Of a DNA stretch of 64,000 nt, positions 1-12,437 are shown one piece after another. Within the stretch, counting starts at the first letter, position 1. Each line of letters starts with the position of its first letter. The DNA is from Cenococcum geophilum (lineage: Eukaryota), in the NCBI GenBank assembly GCA_050273025.1, contig CP158635.1:32240001-32304000 (forward strand), read 5' to 3'. The notes beneath the pieces were generated by a model, which ran no database searches, had not been told where the DNA came from, and worked only from the letters and a program-made list of their open reading frames with translations. The position numbers and the translations under genes were made by a program.

Positions 1-446
1 GGAATCAAGACCTGCTAGCACGCGCCTACAACGCCAGCGCGCTCCCCATCCTCTGCCCTCTTAAATCTGCCAGTGTCTACGGCAGCTACGAACCCAATAA
101 AATCTTATGCCGATCTGCCTATAGAACCGACTCTACGCTAGCACCGTACTGCCACATACCATCGACAAACTGATAGCGCCGCTATGCCTGCTATCACGAC
201 CCGACCGAACGATCGTGCCTATACGCCTGCGATCTACCGACCAAATAATCGTGCTTATACGCCTACGATTAACCGACCGACTGATAGATAAGCTCTATGC
301 TTAACCACTATTACTACCGCCGCTGGTACCGTACTACTACCTGAATAGACTGTTGCTGCTTCCACCCCCAGCTAAACCGCTACTTTGCTGCCTTACTGCC
401 TTCCTGCCTTCCTATAGCGCCACAGGTACAAAGAAAGAACTGCCAG

Positions 447-639
447 TGTCGGAATATATGGACAGAAGTTATGTGGTTACGTGTCGTCGTTATGTCTTTG
501 ATTAGTCACCCTTATGGTGACTAATTAACCCCCTACTTAGGCACCGCGATCCTTACGATCCTCTGCTTTCGACACCTATTAGACAAGAATCAATTCAACA
601 GTTAATAGGCCAATCAAGTGCACTTGGGTGATACCGACA
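447..639. mobile_element. Probable solo/orphan LTR (~193 bp)
   Basis: TG...CA ends with a terminal inverted repeat (TGTCGG...CCGACA) and an internal hairpin ATTAGTCACC-cttat-GGTGACTAAT. The flanks (gccag / gtaaa) do not form a clean TSD. Confidence 0.45.
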
Positions 640-834
640 GTAAAAATAGAATTAGTAGAGTATAAAGTAAGTATATGCTTAGTATATGCACTAGTATTTT
701 AACAGCATAGTTTACTGATTTTATTATAGCTAGTGGGAAGTTCATACTCAGCATATATTACTTATAAACCTTTTTATTTATTAAATACTTTAAAATCTTA
801 AAAAAATCATTTGTATATGTGCTGCATATGCATA

Positions 835-924
835 AAGCTCGGCGTGGTCAGAAGCTAAGCATGGTCAGAGAGTTGAACTTGAAGTTCTGACCACGCCGAG
901 TTTTTCCGTGACCACGCCGAGCTG
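835..924. mobile_element. Tiny MITE-like element or DNA-transposon terminus
   Basis: AGCTCGGCGTGGTCA (836-850) is the perfect inverse of TGACCACGCCGAGCT (909-923). A third motif copy lies at 888-900. TA occurs on both sides (833-834, 925-926). Confidence 0.4.
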
Positions 925-1529
925 TAAGCCCCTCGCCATTCTCTCTTACAAGGCACTTGGGCGACGGGCAATCGGAAATTTCGACTATGACAATTCAAGC
1001 TAGTATACAGTACTATTACCTGCTGTGGGGGAAGCCCACCAGCACGCGGCATCACCCCGGTCGAGGTTACTGGTAGCCCAATACTGGTTACATACGAACT
1101 GACTGTTCGATGCGGCTTACCCGTCGTACGCCCCCTCCTGCCTATACTCTTCCCTCTTTCTTACTTCGCTCCACGCTTTCTACGCTTCTTCACTGGCTGC
1201 ACACAGTCAACCTAGTCAAGAGATCCCCCCCAGCTCATTTGTAGTAATAGGTTAGTCATTCCCTGCTTCTCTTGGGAATCGCCTAGTTGACACGCTCTTG
1301 ACGATCCCAATGGGTCCATGATGTTCAAGCTTGATTCAGAAGGTTTTGGACACCCCCGATGATCCGCGCAGAACCCATTCGTCAGCAGAATTCGAGATAC
1401 CTGTGCAATACCACTAGACCTCAACATGATCGTCGATAACGCCCAGCAGAGTCAACAATATTGACTATATCTCAGGCAACATTTGTCTCGTCGAATATGG
1501 CACAGTTAGTGTCGGCATCACGACAGAGC

Positions 1530-2237
1530 ATGGCAAACACAGCGATCAGAGCAGTCTTCTTTGACTTCATGGGCACATGCCTAGACTGGCACAGCGGAGC
1601 AATCAAAGTCTTACCACAATCCATCGCTGAAAGCGAGAGGTCGAAGCTCGCTCTGGAATGGCGTCATGACTACTTCGATGCCAACGCTGCCCGCCTCGCC
1701 GCCAATGAACCTCCTGAAGATATCGACGTCACGCTCCGCAAGACTCTGGACGCTTTGCTGGAGAAGCATCCAGAACATAAACATTTGTTCGACGACCGCA
1801 CCAAGCATCAATGTGTAGTCGCATGGCACTCGATGCCAGCCTGGCCGGAAGTCCCTCCAGCCATCGAGCAGCTAAAGGCCGCAGGGTATGAGGTGTTCGT
1901 CTTTGCGAATGGTACTACTCGATTGCAGCTTGACCTCTGTAAGTCTTCAGGCTTGAGATTTAACATGTTGTTCTCGAGCGAGTTACTGGGAGTATACAAA
2001 CCTGCTCCGAAGAGCTATCGCAAGACATTGGAGCTGGTCAACGTGAAACCGGAGGAGTCCGTCATGGTTGCTGCGCATGCATATGATGTTCGAGGTGGGA
2101 AAGAGGCTGGAATGAAGACTGTGTATATACATAGGTGGACTGATGACATCGAGGAAGACATGGAGGTAGTCAAAGGGGAGAACGACTTCTTCTTGGAGGA
2201 CATGACGAGTCTTGCAGAGGTCATCGGACGGCTTTGA
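1530..2237 (+). CDS. HAD-superfamily hydrolase, haloacid dehalogenase type II-like (235 aa, intronless)
   Basis: Open ORF with motif I FDFMGT, motif II FANG, motif III YKP and motif IV VAAHAYDV, and normal non-RIP composition. An in-frame upstream ATG at 1497 is an alternative start. Confidence 0.9.
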   Translation: MANTAIRAVFFDFMGTCLDWHSGAIKVLPQSIAESERSKLALEWRHDYFDANAARLAANEPPEDIDVTLRKTLDALLEKHPEHKHLFDDRTKHQCVVAWHSMPAWPEVPPAIEQLKAAGYEVFVFANGTTRLQLDLCKSSGLRFNMLFSSELLGVYKPAPKSYRKTLELVNVKPEESVMVAAHAYDVRGGKEAGMKTVYIHRWTDDIEEDMEVVKGENDFFLEDMTSLAEVIGRL

Positions 2238-3274
2238 GCCGAAGATCGCGGTCAAAGGCTCGTTCGGCTCGGTGCTTAGCTACCTATACCAGGATTCTCA
2301 ACACATGTTCGTGGTAGCAGTTCAGCTCGGGTTGTCCACATATGAGGGCTGCTAGGTATCGTGTCCACGACGCAAATTCTTGATTCGACGGTCTTGAGAG
2401 CTTGCATTTCCTGAGCGAAGGCAATTCTTCATCAGCTAGATCCATTTCAGCAATGCTTATGGGCCATTACCAAAGTCCACTACAGCCTTCGTCGCTAAAT
2501 CGTGAACTTTGGGTTTGGATTTCGAGACTTGGTTTAGGGGGCAGCTGCAGTAGCATCCGCGATCAGCCGATTTTATTTTCTGATCGTGCCGCAATGTCAG
2601 AACCTCAGTATGAAATCTGGCCTTGTAGCATCTCCTGCGCCAGGCTATGATCTATGTAAAGCGCCGCTAAGCCATCGAGATGCTGTGAAAGTGCTTACCC
2701 TGTACCGTGTATCAGTATTTGGGCTCTGAGGCATTGCCATAATGATATTATTGACCAGGTATTACGCGGTCAACTGTTTCGAGATTAAACTAGCTGCGTT
2801 AGGCTAGCTTGAAGCCAGCTTTCCAGAAAAAGCTTGTAAGACCCACAATCCTTGATCGTTTCTCTCATTGTTCTTGCAATTCGTATACATCTCTTTCCAC
2901 TCTTTTCACTTGCTCCCAGACGGGCGACATTATGGAGGACGGATCGTCGTAATACTATAAGAATTGGAGTTGGGCTCATCATCACTATCCAGGCAGATCC
3001 ATGTGACCTCAGCTCGCAGAGACGAAGGCTGTGCAACTAGTTAATACGACACGGATTCATACAAGCACTGTCGGGGGTTGGCCAAGCAGAGCAGGTTCGT
3101 ATGATTGCAGCCTAGCTGGTCTGGTTCGTTCAGCGGAGATTTAAATAATCCGACGGTCAATATTATTGGCCAATATCGCTAAATTACCCAATATCAGCCA
3201 ATATCGGCCAATAATTCTTGGCATTCCCCACAACCCTAAATTGCTTTTATAATATTTATTATACATATAATAAA

Positions 3275-3823
3275 ATGGCTTCTAATGATAAAATATTAAA
3301 TTCTACACTATCTGCTAGTACGGAGAGACTAAAAGACAAAAGGAACCCTAAAATTTGGTGCTATATACAAGATCTATATGATAATAAGCTAAAAAAAATA
3401 CCGGGATAAGCAATATATTTTATATTATAAATACTATATAGAAGAACCATACGGCGCGAGGTGTGTTATAAATTTCCGGAATTATCTTATAAAGAAGTAT
3501 GAGATTACTGTTTTTAAAACTCTGGGTGTGTAAGAGTACATATATTAGATCCCGCCGCGCTTACGAACAAGTTCGCAAGCACTCCGTGTCTTTTTGGCCG
3601 AATGGCGACGTTGGGGCGGGAAACGTTACAGGGTGTTGTTTATTAAGGTGCTAAAGAAAAGCTTTAAGATCTATATATGCAGCTTTATACGAAATATAAT
3701 TATATAGAGGTTAATTCTCTTATACTTAAAAACGCTTTTAATAAGGAGGCTATTACGGCTGCCCTTATTTCCCTTATTACCGTATAAAATCTTCTACTTT
3801 AACTTATTAAGTGGCTAGAGTTC
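3275..3823 (+). pseudogene. hAT transposase N-terminus (BED zinc-finger region), RIP-mutated
   Basis: MASNDK...KIW...Y(C)KY(C)...NFRN(H)L.KK(H) pattern. It reads in frame into the segment resuming at 39279 (W.EF|(H)IFC(Q)VLN). Confidence 0.7.
3529..3630 (-). mobile_element. 102-bp solo LTR-like mini element, copy 1
   Basis: TGTAA...TTACA ends and 5-bp TSD GGGTG (3524-3528 / 3631-3635). It is a reverse-complement homolog of 34079-34179; strand is relative to that copy. Confidence 0.85.
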
Positions 3824-3839
3824 GTTAGGAAAAAATTTA

Positions 3840-4080
3840 CCAGCATTTAATTTTACTTTTCTGCCATTTTAGCATTTTTTAGCATTTCTAGCATTTCCTA
3901 GCATTTAGCTGCTAAATGCGGCATTTAGAATCAAGTGTTAGCATTTAGCCGCTAAATATGGCATTTAGAATTAAGTGTTAGCATTTAGCTGCCAAATACG
4001 GTATTTAGAATTAAGTATTAGTATTTAGCTGCCAAATGCGGCATTTATAATTAAGTGTTAGCATTTAGCTACTAAGTGCT
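3840..4080. repeat. Left subterminal repeats of the Plavaka element
   Basis: AGCATTT motifs, then about 4.5 tandem 40-bp units (GCATTTAGCTGCTAAATGCGGCATTTAGAATCAAGTGTTA). Confidence 0.85.
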
Positions 4081-4384
4081 AACTATAAGATTACTAAGCA
4101 TATATAAAAGTATAATTTTTATAATTTTAATATTATTAATAAAAATAATATATTTTATATTTTATATATATTTTATTAATATTAGTAAGTATAGGGGGTA
4201 GGGCGGTATTATAAAAAAATTTACTAGTATCTTAAATTAGGTTTATGCTAATTAAGTAATTTTAGTATTTAGCCATATTTAGTTACATTTTACAGCTATA
4301 TACTACACCGCTAATAATAATACTATAATTTGCGGCTAAACGCTACCTTAATAATAAAAGTGCTGTAAGCTGCAACTTAATGCA

Positions 4385-7300
4385 GTATTAGATAGTCTTA
4401 GTGTCTTTCTTCTTACCTTAGCCTACTTTTAAGCTTAAATTGGCCTTCTCCTTATATACTAACTTGTGCAGTAACGACGTAAATTTAGTTAACTTTAATA
4501 TCCTTTACTTAATACTTAACTTCTAATTGGCTATAATAGTACTATAGTAGACGGGCTTAGTCTATCCTTATTAATCTATTTAAGTAAATAGTTGCTTTAC
4601 CTCCGAGAGCTTATAGCTTAGCTTAACTATAATAGTATAATTTGCGCGCTATAGGTTAATAGACAGCCTAATTAATATAAAGGTGTAAAGTAGGATCTAC
4701 TTAGAGTTATTAGTTTTAAAGGTTTACTTAGCCTTAGCCTTCTTAATATTAGATATACCGGCTGCATAGTAGAGCACCTTGTCTTTACTATATTTTTTAT
4801 ATAGCCTATTAAACTAATAAGCTAGTATAAGAGGTAAGCGAGTGGTAATAATAATCTTATACGCTGAACTATCTGTTTATTTTTTGACATAAACGTAATT
4901 ATAGATTTTTTTAGCTTAAAAGAACTTTGCATTCTGTTAAAAATAGTAGTTAAGTATATTAGTAAACTCCTTACTAAGCGGGTTAGTAGTTTATTTAGTG
5001 ATAATTAGGTCCTTAAGTATACAACTTTAAGTTTTTAGGTGTTTATTATTAGACTTATTAGACTTATTAGATTTAATTATAATAGGGGTATACTAGTCCT
5101 AGTATTAGATAACCTAGGCTATACTTGCTGCCGTTTTCGCGTTAGTGTATAACTCAGCTTAAGTAAGTTTTGGTATTTTAGGTTTAGTATTTAGATTACT
5201 ACTATCTTCCTCCTATATAGCCAGAAGTTCCTTATATTAGCGCCTCTGCTCTATCCTTACTTAGTTCTCTATAGCTATAATTATAGCTACCTTAGTATTA
5301 TTAGGGTTGGCCTATAATATAACTAATTTAAAACAGCTGTTCTTTGGGATAAGCTTTTACTAGTTAAACTAGAGTGTTAACTCCCCTCTATATATCTAAA
5401 ACGTTAAAATAACTATGTAGAAAAATGCAGCTAGTTTACCGAATTTCTTATCTACTATTGCTCTAGATAGGTTAGTCTTTATATCCTTATAAAGACGGTT
5501 AAATTCTTTTTTCTTTAGCTAGATGTTTTCTTCTTTAAGCTTAAGTAGTATTTTAAACTCCGTTCCCTTTAGCTTATTTCCTTCTTTCTACTTAGGCCTC
5601 TTTAATCCTACTATAATAAACCGCATTAGTTATATTAGGTTCCTATTATTAGGTATACTAAACATACCCTATATAGTAGGGCTGCAATTATATATAATGC
5701 GGTACTCTTTAACTATATCCTTAATAAATAATATTAAAACTCTACTGGTTATGTCTAAGTAGCATTTATCCTAAAGGATACACCTAACCTATATTGCATT
5801 CTTTAATTTCTAATATAATTTAGGGGTTTTACCCTTTAGGTGTTTCTATATACTGGTTTGTATAGTAATAAACCTATATATTAGTTGTGTGGTAATATAA
5901 TTTCGTATAGTAATTAGAAGGAATTAGGTTAAGTATCTTAGCGCTAATAGTTCCGTTATATTAGGGATAGGGTAATAATTATTTTTAAACCTAGCTTTAC
6001 CCTATAGGTATAATAAGAGAGTCTTACCAACTAAATATATGTTGTTATTATTCTTCTATTATTCCTTATTGGTCTACTTAAGAGCCTTACAGATTTACGG
6101 CTATTTGTCCTTTTTTAGTTTACTAAATATCTTAACTTTATTATAGCTAGGGGCGAGAATTATAATCTAGGGCGGGTTAGGGTGCTTTATAATCGCGCCG
6201 TCTTATAATATTATACTTATATCCTTTAGAAATCCTAGCAGGCCTAGGGTCGGCGTAAGGACGACTAAGTAGCCTCGCTGTGGGTCTATAGGGTATAGTT
6301 TTTTAGAGTTATCTTCGCAGTAGCATATAATTGGTTACTTTGCTACCTATAGGTATTTTATATCTAGCGGATATATCTTAAATAGGTAGTGGGTTACGTC
6401 CCCAACAGCTTAGGCCTTTTAAACGTCTATTATATTCTAATAATAAAAGTAGTTTATTAGCTATTAAGTGATCATTTATATAGTCTTGCCCGCGCTAGGT
6501 TTGTCTATATAAATACCGCCTCCTTTAATTATCCTCTCTTGCTTAAATGCCTAAGCTATATATACCACTTAGTATAGGCTAAATTTAAAGCCTAATATAA
6601 GGCCCTAATTAGGGAGTTTAATTAGGGTAGTCTTAGAGAGTACTTTTAATAAGATAAGTAGGAAATACTCTAGAGTAAGTAGAAGATCCGCCTCTGTTAC
6701 GTACGCTAGTGCGCCATTTAAGTTATTCTTCCTAGCCTTATAGAGCTAGGCTAAGAAAGATTACTAATTAAGCTCTTCCTCTATATCTACGTCTTAGTTA
6801 TTATTATTAACTAAATCCTTATCTTTATCTCCACTCTTTATATCTTTAGAGTTAGTATAATATAAGAATTAATTATTATATCTACCGGTACGTTGCGGCA
6901 ATTTACTATCCTCTGCAGTAATATCTTAAGGGGTATTAATAGTTGGCGATGTAGTAGTAGGGTCGTCTATTACATTATTAGGCTAGTATATACCTTTAGG
7001 TTTAGTAATAGGTTACGGCAATTTACTGTTATTTACGGCAATTTCTCTAGTACCGCTATTACTCGCTAATGTAGGCTTATAGGTAGATAGGTTACGTCTT
7101 CCCTTTACTAATCGCCTTCTGCGTATAACTAGCTTATTATTGCTGTTTTCTATAAGGGTATCTGCTGCTAATTTTACTTAAGGGCGTTTCCTACTTCTAT
7201 TTAGGTTAGCTTTATAACTATTTAACTTCCTAAGCGCGGCCGGCTCGCTTTTATTATTCTTCGCTAGAGTACTTATTACCAATCTTAGTTAAGGCTACTT

Positions 7301-7542
7301 ATTATATCTGCCTAATTTAGTCTTACTATTATCTAATTTCTTATATCTAATAGGCTCGCCCTTACTATTTTTCTTAGAGCTATATACTGCTAATCCTAAT
7401 TAACTTTACTTCTTGCCTTCTCCTAATTTACTCTTACCGCTAGCCTTACGCGGCGTTAGGACTTACTAGCTACCTTTTACGCTATATTTATCGCGTTTAG
7501 GCGCCTTAGATTTAATAGCTAGCGGTATATTATTAGTAGTAA
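4385..7542 (-). pseudogene. SNF2-family (SF2) helicase/ATPase, RIP-mutated cargo gene, catalytic part
   Basis: Minus strand at ~6520-6480 reads GGIYIDKPSAGKTI*M (de-RIP GGIHADEPGAGKTIQM, motif I). Motif Ia GYLVVLTP is at ~6270. Motif V GLSINL(Q)RAN is at ~4660 and motif VI KQLFT*ID**G*TKPV (Q..R..RQGQ) at ~4580. Confidence 0.8.
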
Positions 7543-7964
7543 TGTAACGAAGCCTTATAGCAGGAACTACGGTAGACTTATTAATGGGCTGGGTATATAG
7601 GTAAACAAGAAGTTAACAATGTAATAATAACTGGTGGAGTGGTTGCCTAATAAATTAACTCTAATTGTATTCTAAGATTTACTATAAAGAAGAGAACTAT
7701 TTTAGGTAGGGACTATAGTCCTTTAAATATACAACCGTACTCTTAAGAAATCCCCTTAGTACGTAAGGTATATGTGCTTTATCTACTCTATTATAGATCC
7801 TACGGATTATATAGATTATATAGATTACGTTATATAACCTTGGTTACCATTCCTCATTATATAGCTCTACCGGCTCTATTCTAGACTATGCCTAAATTAA
7901 CTAACTAGCTTCTTCTAACTCTTCTCTAAGTAGTTATAATATTATATTTAAAGCGTCCGTAACA
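7543..7964 (-). repeat. 3' LTR of Gypsy element 1
   Basis: TG...CA direct repeat of 16068-16489. Confidence 0.95.
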
Positions 7965-8049
7965 CTATCTTCCTCCTCTTTATTTTTGTCCTTAAAGATT
8001 CCTAATATCTCTAAGTTATTTACTAGAGGTGTAATATCCGTCTAATTAA

Positions 8050-8750
8050 TTTAGTTAATATCTTTATTTATTATACCTAAAGTAATTTCTTCTTCTTTAA
8101 CTGCTCGTCGTATTCGCACTATTGCTGCGATATTATCTCTTAGTGAGATTATGCTATCTCCGTGTTCTCGTTATTTAAAAAAGGGGTTAGTTTATGTTAT
8201 ATTAGCAAGTCCATCTTCGCAATAACTGTCCTTTTACTTAAAGTATACTAAAGCGAATATTTATTCGTCCTATAACGTTCGCTCTATCTCTAATACTAAA
8301 TATACGCGACCTATTACTCTTAATAGTTATCTAGTTCCTTAACTTATCTATTTTAAGGTTTTATATTTAATCTACTGCTGCGCGGCTAGATAATAAACTG
8401 TCTGTTACCCTAGCGGAATTATATTATTCCTATAATACTAAATAAGAGGCTGCTAAAGCTTAGCAAAGAGCCCTTAATTCTTATCTTACTATATCTACTT
8501 GGTTAATCCGTCTTAAGAAGGTTTATTTTAAGGAGTAGAAACTTATAGAATAAGGTTTATAGGAACTTAGTAATAAAAAAATGGATTCTCTTTTAATAGA
8601 GAAGGAAATAGATCTAAGTAGTTTAGCAACTGCTCTTCTTAGGTCCCCCTTAGATGATTTATTTTTTAGTAATTCTTCTTTATTAATACTGCCTAACCTA
8701 ATCTCTTTTAATACTCCTATACCTTTCCTATAGCGTTTTTTAAATTCTCT
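8050..8750 (+). pseudogene. Antisense extra ORF of Gypsy 1 with a Zn2Cys6-like cysteine cluster (ends approximate)
   Basis: 8150-8280 reads PCSRY(C)LKKGLVY(C)...SFY(C)LKY(C)TKAN..SSY(C)NVRS. The Tyr codons (TAT/TAC) are RIP-compatible with Cys. Confidence 0.55.
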
Positions 8751-11700
8751 AGTGGTTCCTAGGTAGTCTTAGTATAGTCTATTTACTTAACCTTATACTA
8801 TATTATATTGTTAATGTCCTTATAACTAATAATCTTTAAAACTTGCTATTTGTCTTCTTCTTATCCTTTATATATATCTGCTTTATAAACCAGTAGCTTA
8901 ATATTCCCGTATACTAGCTCTAGTATTATAATATACTATATAGGGTAGATCTTTATCTTGGCTAGTAGGTTTAACTTAAACGTAACTAGTGAAATTTTTT
9001 AAATAACTTTAAAAGGTCCTAGTCTGACATAGTTTAACTTCTTGCTTAGTTATTAACTCTTAAAATTTTTGTATAGTAGCTATACTTTATCTCCCTCCTT
9101 AAGATCTGGTCCCTTAGATCTTTTAGCATTATAATACTTTTTTATTCTCTCTTATACTTTCTTTACTAATTCTATAAAGTCTATATAAAGATTTATTAAC
9201 GTCTTTATTCTTTCTTTAGCTATACTACTTGTTTTTTTTACTTACCGTAGTAACAACGATATTCTTAGCTTATATCCGTAATTTGCCTTAAATAGTAATA
9301 TGCCTATTTCTTCCTATAGTGTTGCATTATATATAAACTATATAACTAGTAATAGCGATACCTAATTATTCTACGCATAATTAATATAGTGCCTTAGATA
9401 CTATTCTAGTGTCTAATTTAATCTTTCCATTTAACTGTCTATCTGTGGATAATATATAATAGAAGTTACTACTTAAACTCCTTACTCTGCTAAAAATACC
9501 TCCTAGAATACTGCTATAAATCTTAGATCTCTATCCAATATAATTTTATTTAGTACTCTATGTCTTATAAATACTTCTTTAATATAGATTCTAGCGATAT
9601 CTTCCGCTAAGATTTCTTCTGTGTATGCTATAAAGTATCCCCACTTTGTAAGCTTATCTACTATTACTAAGATTATATCGTGATTTTGTCCGGTAATAGG
9701 ATCTCTTAACTTTAGTAACTTAATAATAAAGTCCTATAATATAACCTCCTATAGTCTTTCTGGTATTTTAATAGGTTATAGCCTTCTATATAGCTTATAC
9801 CTTATTAGTTTATTCCTTTAGTAATCTAAATACTCTTTTATTACTTTTCTTGCGATATTTTAGATTCCGTTAATAATATATTCTTTCTAAAGTCTTAACA
9901 CTAAGCCTATTGCTCCGTTGTGTCCTTAAGTTATTCCCTTATAGAAATCTTCTATAAAATGCTCTACTATGCTTCTTGAGATATACTTCGCTTTTTAATT
10001 CTTGTATATATCTATCTATAGATCTTTTAGCTGTGCTTCTAGAATTCTTTATGCCTAAAAGCTTTCTGGTGTCCTGTAGACTTTTTCTAGTTTATTATCC
10101 TCTTAAGTTGCTGCTAGTTTAGGGTAATTGTATCTAATTAATCTATCCTTATTTCTGCGTAGTATTGCTCCCAATAGTTTCTTATTATTTTATAGTTCAG
10201 CCTTTCTACTAAGTGCGTCTGCTCTTGTATTCTCAGTTTCCTTAATATACTAAATCTCGAAATGGTATTCTATAAGCATCTCTACCTATCTAACTTATCT
10301 TTAATTAAGTTCTTTTATTATTAGGAACCCTATTAGGTTCTTATAATCCGTTTTAACTATAAATAGTTTTTTTACGCCTTATAAGAATGCTCTTTATTTC
10401 TTAAGTACTGTAACTATACCTAACAACTCCTTATTGTAGACATTGTAGTTTAACTCTAGTAGTGTTATTTTTCTACTATAGTATACTACTAGATGCTATG
10501 CGTCCTTATGCCTTTGTAGTAAATATGCTTCTAGTGCGTAGTCTAATATATCCGTTTCTATAACCGTATCTAGTCCTAGTTAATAGATCTTAAGGATTGG
10601 CTCCTAGGTAAATAACTCCTTAAGTTCTTTAAATAACTTCCTTTATTCGTCTCCCTATACCTATAGTTCCTCTTTCTTTATAAGCCTGGTAAATGGTTTA
10701 ATATTCTTTAACTACTGTGCTATAAACCTTCTGTAGTAGTTGTAAAACCCTAAAAATAACCTTAACTATATTACGTTCTCTAGTTCTTACCAACTTACTA
10801 TAGCTTTAATTTTCTTTGGGTCTATACTAATATAACCTAGTTTAATAATAAATTTAACGAAATTGGTCTTTCTTGTAAAGAACTTGCATTTTTTAATTAC
10901 TACTAGTATCTGTTCTTCCTTAGTTATTAAGTAGATAATAATATTATTAAGGTATGCTATAATAAACTCATTAAGGTGTTCTCCTAACACGCTATTAATT
11001 CGTTTCTAAAATGTTATAGGTGTATTTATTAATCCAAATTGCATAACTAATAGTTTATATAGTCCTTCTCTTAACCTAAAGGCTGTCTTTTATTTATCGC
11101 CTTCTTTAATTCTAATCTAATGGTACGCCTATCTTAGATCTATCTTTATAAAGATTTATACATTGCCTATTTAATCTTAGATCTTGCTAATTAAGGGTAA
11201 AGGATACCTATTCTTCCGAGTAATGCTATTTAACTACCTATAGTTAATGCATAACCTAAGCTTTCTATTTTTCTTTAGTATAAACAATACTGGATATCCT
11301 ACTAATAACTACGATAGTCTAATATATCCCTTTTATAAGTTTTCCTGGATAAACTCTTTTAGTGCTTTACCTTCTTCTTTAGTAAGCTTATAGATTGGAA
11401 AGAACTTTAGACTTATTCCAAGTTCTAACTCTATCTTATAATCCTATACTATATAATTTACTAGCTTTTTACTTTCCAGTAACTATAGTTTCTTACTATA
11501 CTTGTGGTATCTCTTTAGTATATAACTTAAGCCTTACTTAGTCTCTTTATATATTGCTCTAACTTAGTACTATACTAACTTAGTTTGTTATTACATTTTA
11601 CGGCGTTAAGTATCTCTAATATTAACCTAACCTATAATTTAATTAATCTTTAGATTATATTCCTATAACTAAGGCATCCCTAATACTGCCTTATCCCGTC

Positions 11701-11960
11701 CTAATAGTAGGATATTAAAAGACATCTTAATTTGTCTCCCTTTAATAGTTATCTAAATAGGTCCTGTTTTAAGATTAATAATCCTTTCTCCATAAGCTAT
11801 TAGATCTCCTAAAATTATAACTAATAGGTAAGGTTGCTCCTTCTATCTATAAGGTAATCCTATTCTCTTAACTGCTACTAGTAAGATATAGTTCCGTATT
11901 GCTCTACTATCTATTAGCGCTTTAAACTGCTAATCTTACCATTTAACTTATAAATTTAGG
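8740..11960 (-). pseudogene. pol of Gypsy 1 (protease-RT-RNase H-integrase-chromodomain)
   Basis: ALIDS(G)A at ~11910 and AYL(DD)IIIY at ~10945. An RNase H ETD/NYNVYNKELL segment lies at ~10560-10430, integrase HPQIDG(Q).E at ~9440, and chromodomain-like (W)QVLKII...TT(W)EPLENL at ~8850-8745. Confidence 0.9.
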
Positions 11961-12352
11961 TGTTATCCTTAAATTTCTTTAAGGGTCTAAGGCTTTACTA
12001 CTGGCTTCCTTTAGTCCTATAGGCCTCTACTTTTCCTAACTATTAGCTACTTAATCCTATTATACTTAGCTTGCTCTTTAGCTAATACCTAGTTCGCTTT
12101 TTATCTTTAATATACTATAAACACGTATTTTCTAGGCATTTCTACTACTATTATCCGTCTAAGCATTCTTCTATAAGGAATCTTCCTGGCTAAAGTATTA
12201 AATTTCCTTCCTCTTAGACTTCTGCTGGATGCTATTTATATATATATTTGGCATTCCTATACTATTATTTATCTGTTATCTAGTATATCCTTATAGGGTA
12301 TTTCCAATTCTTTTCCTTTAGATTCTTATGCATTTTATATATATTGTCTATA

Positions 12353-12437
12353 GGCCGTCGAAATCGGACTCTGCACCTGTACGTGGTGACGGCTACGAAC
12401 CTGGTCTTCGAAGTTCAGATCCAGAGCCAACGCAGAG
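12353..12437 (+). ncRNA. HDV-like self-cleaving ribozyme (predicted fold)
   Basis: P1 GGCCGUC/GACGGCU with a G1-U wobble, P2 CUCUGC/GCAGAG, P3 ACC/GGU, L3 UGUACGU, P1.1 GU/AC, a P4 hairpin, and J4/2 CCAAC with candidate catalytic C12427. Confidence 0.85.

Noticed and set aside
1..446. Possible coding or transposase remnant with a short degenerate tandem repeat at ~200-280
   Set aside because: The plus-strand frames I read contain stops and I recognised no motif; the region is also cut by the window edge.
1611..2255. Short minus-strand ORFs over the HAD gene
   Set aside because: They are antisense shadows of the real CDS.
2402..3040. Small ORFs 2402-2650, 2785-3036 and 2852-3040
   Set aside because: They have no recognisable motifs, non-ATG starts and overlap one another. 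A gene remnant cannot be excluded.
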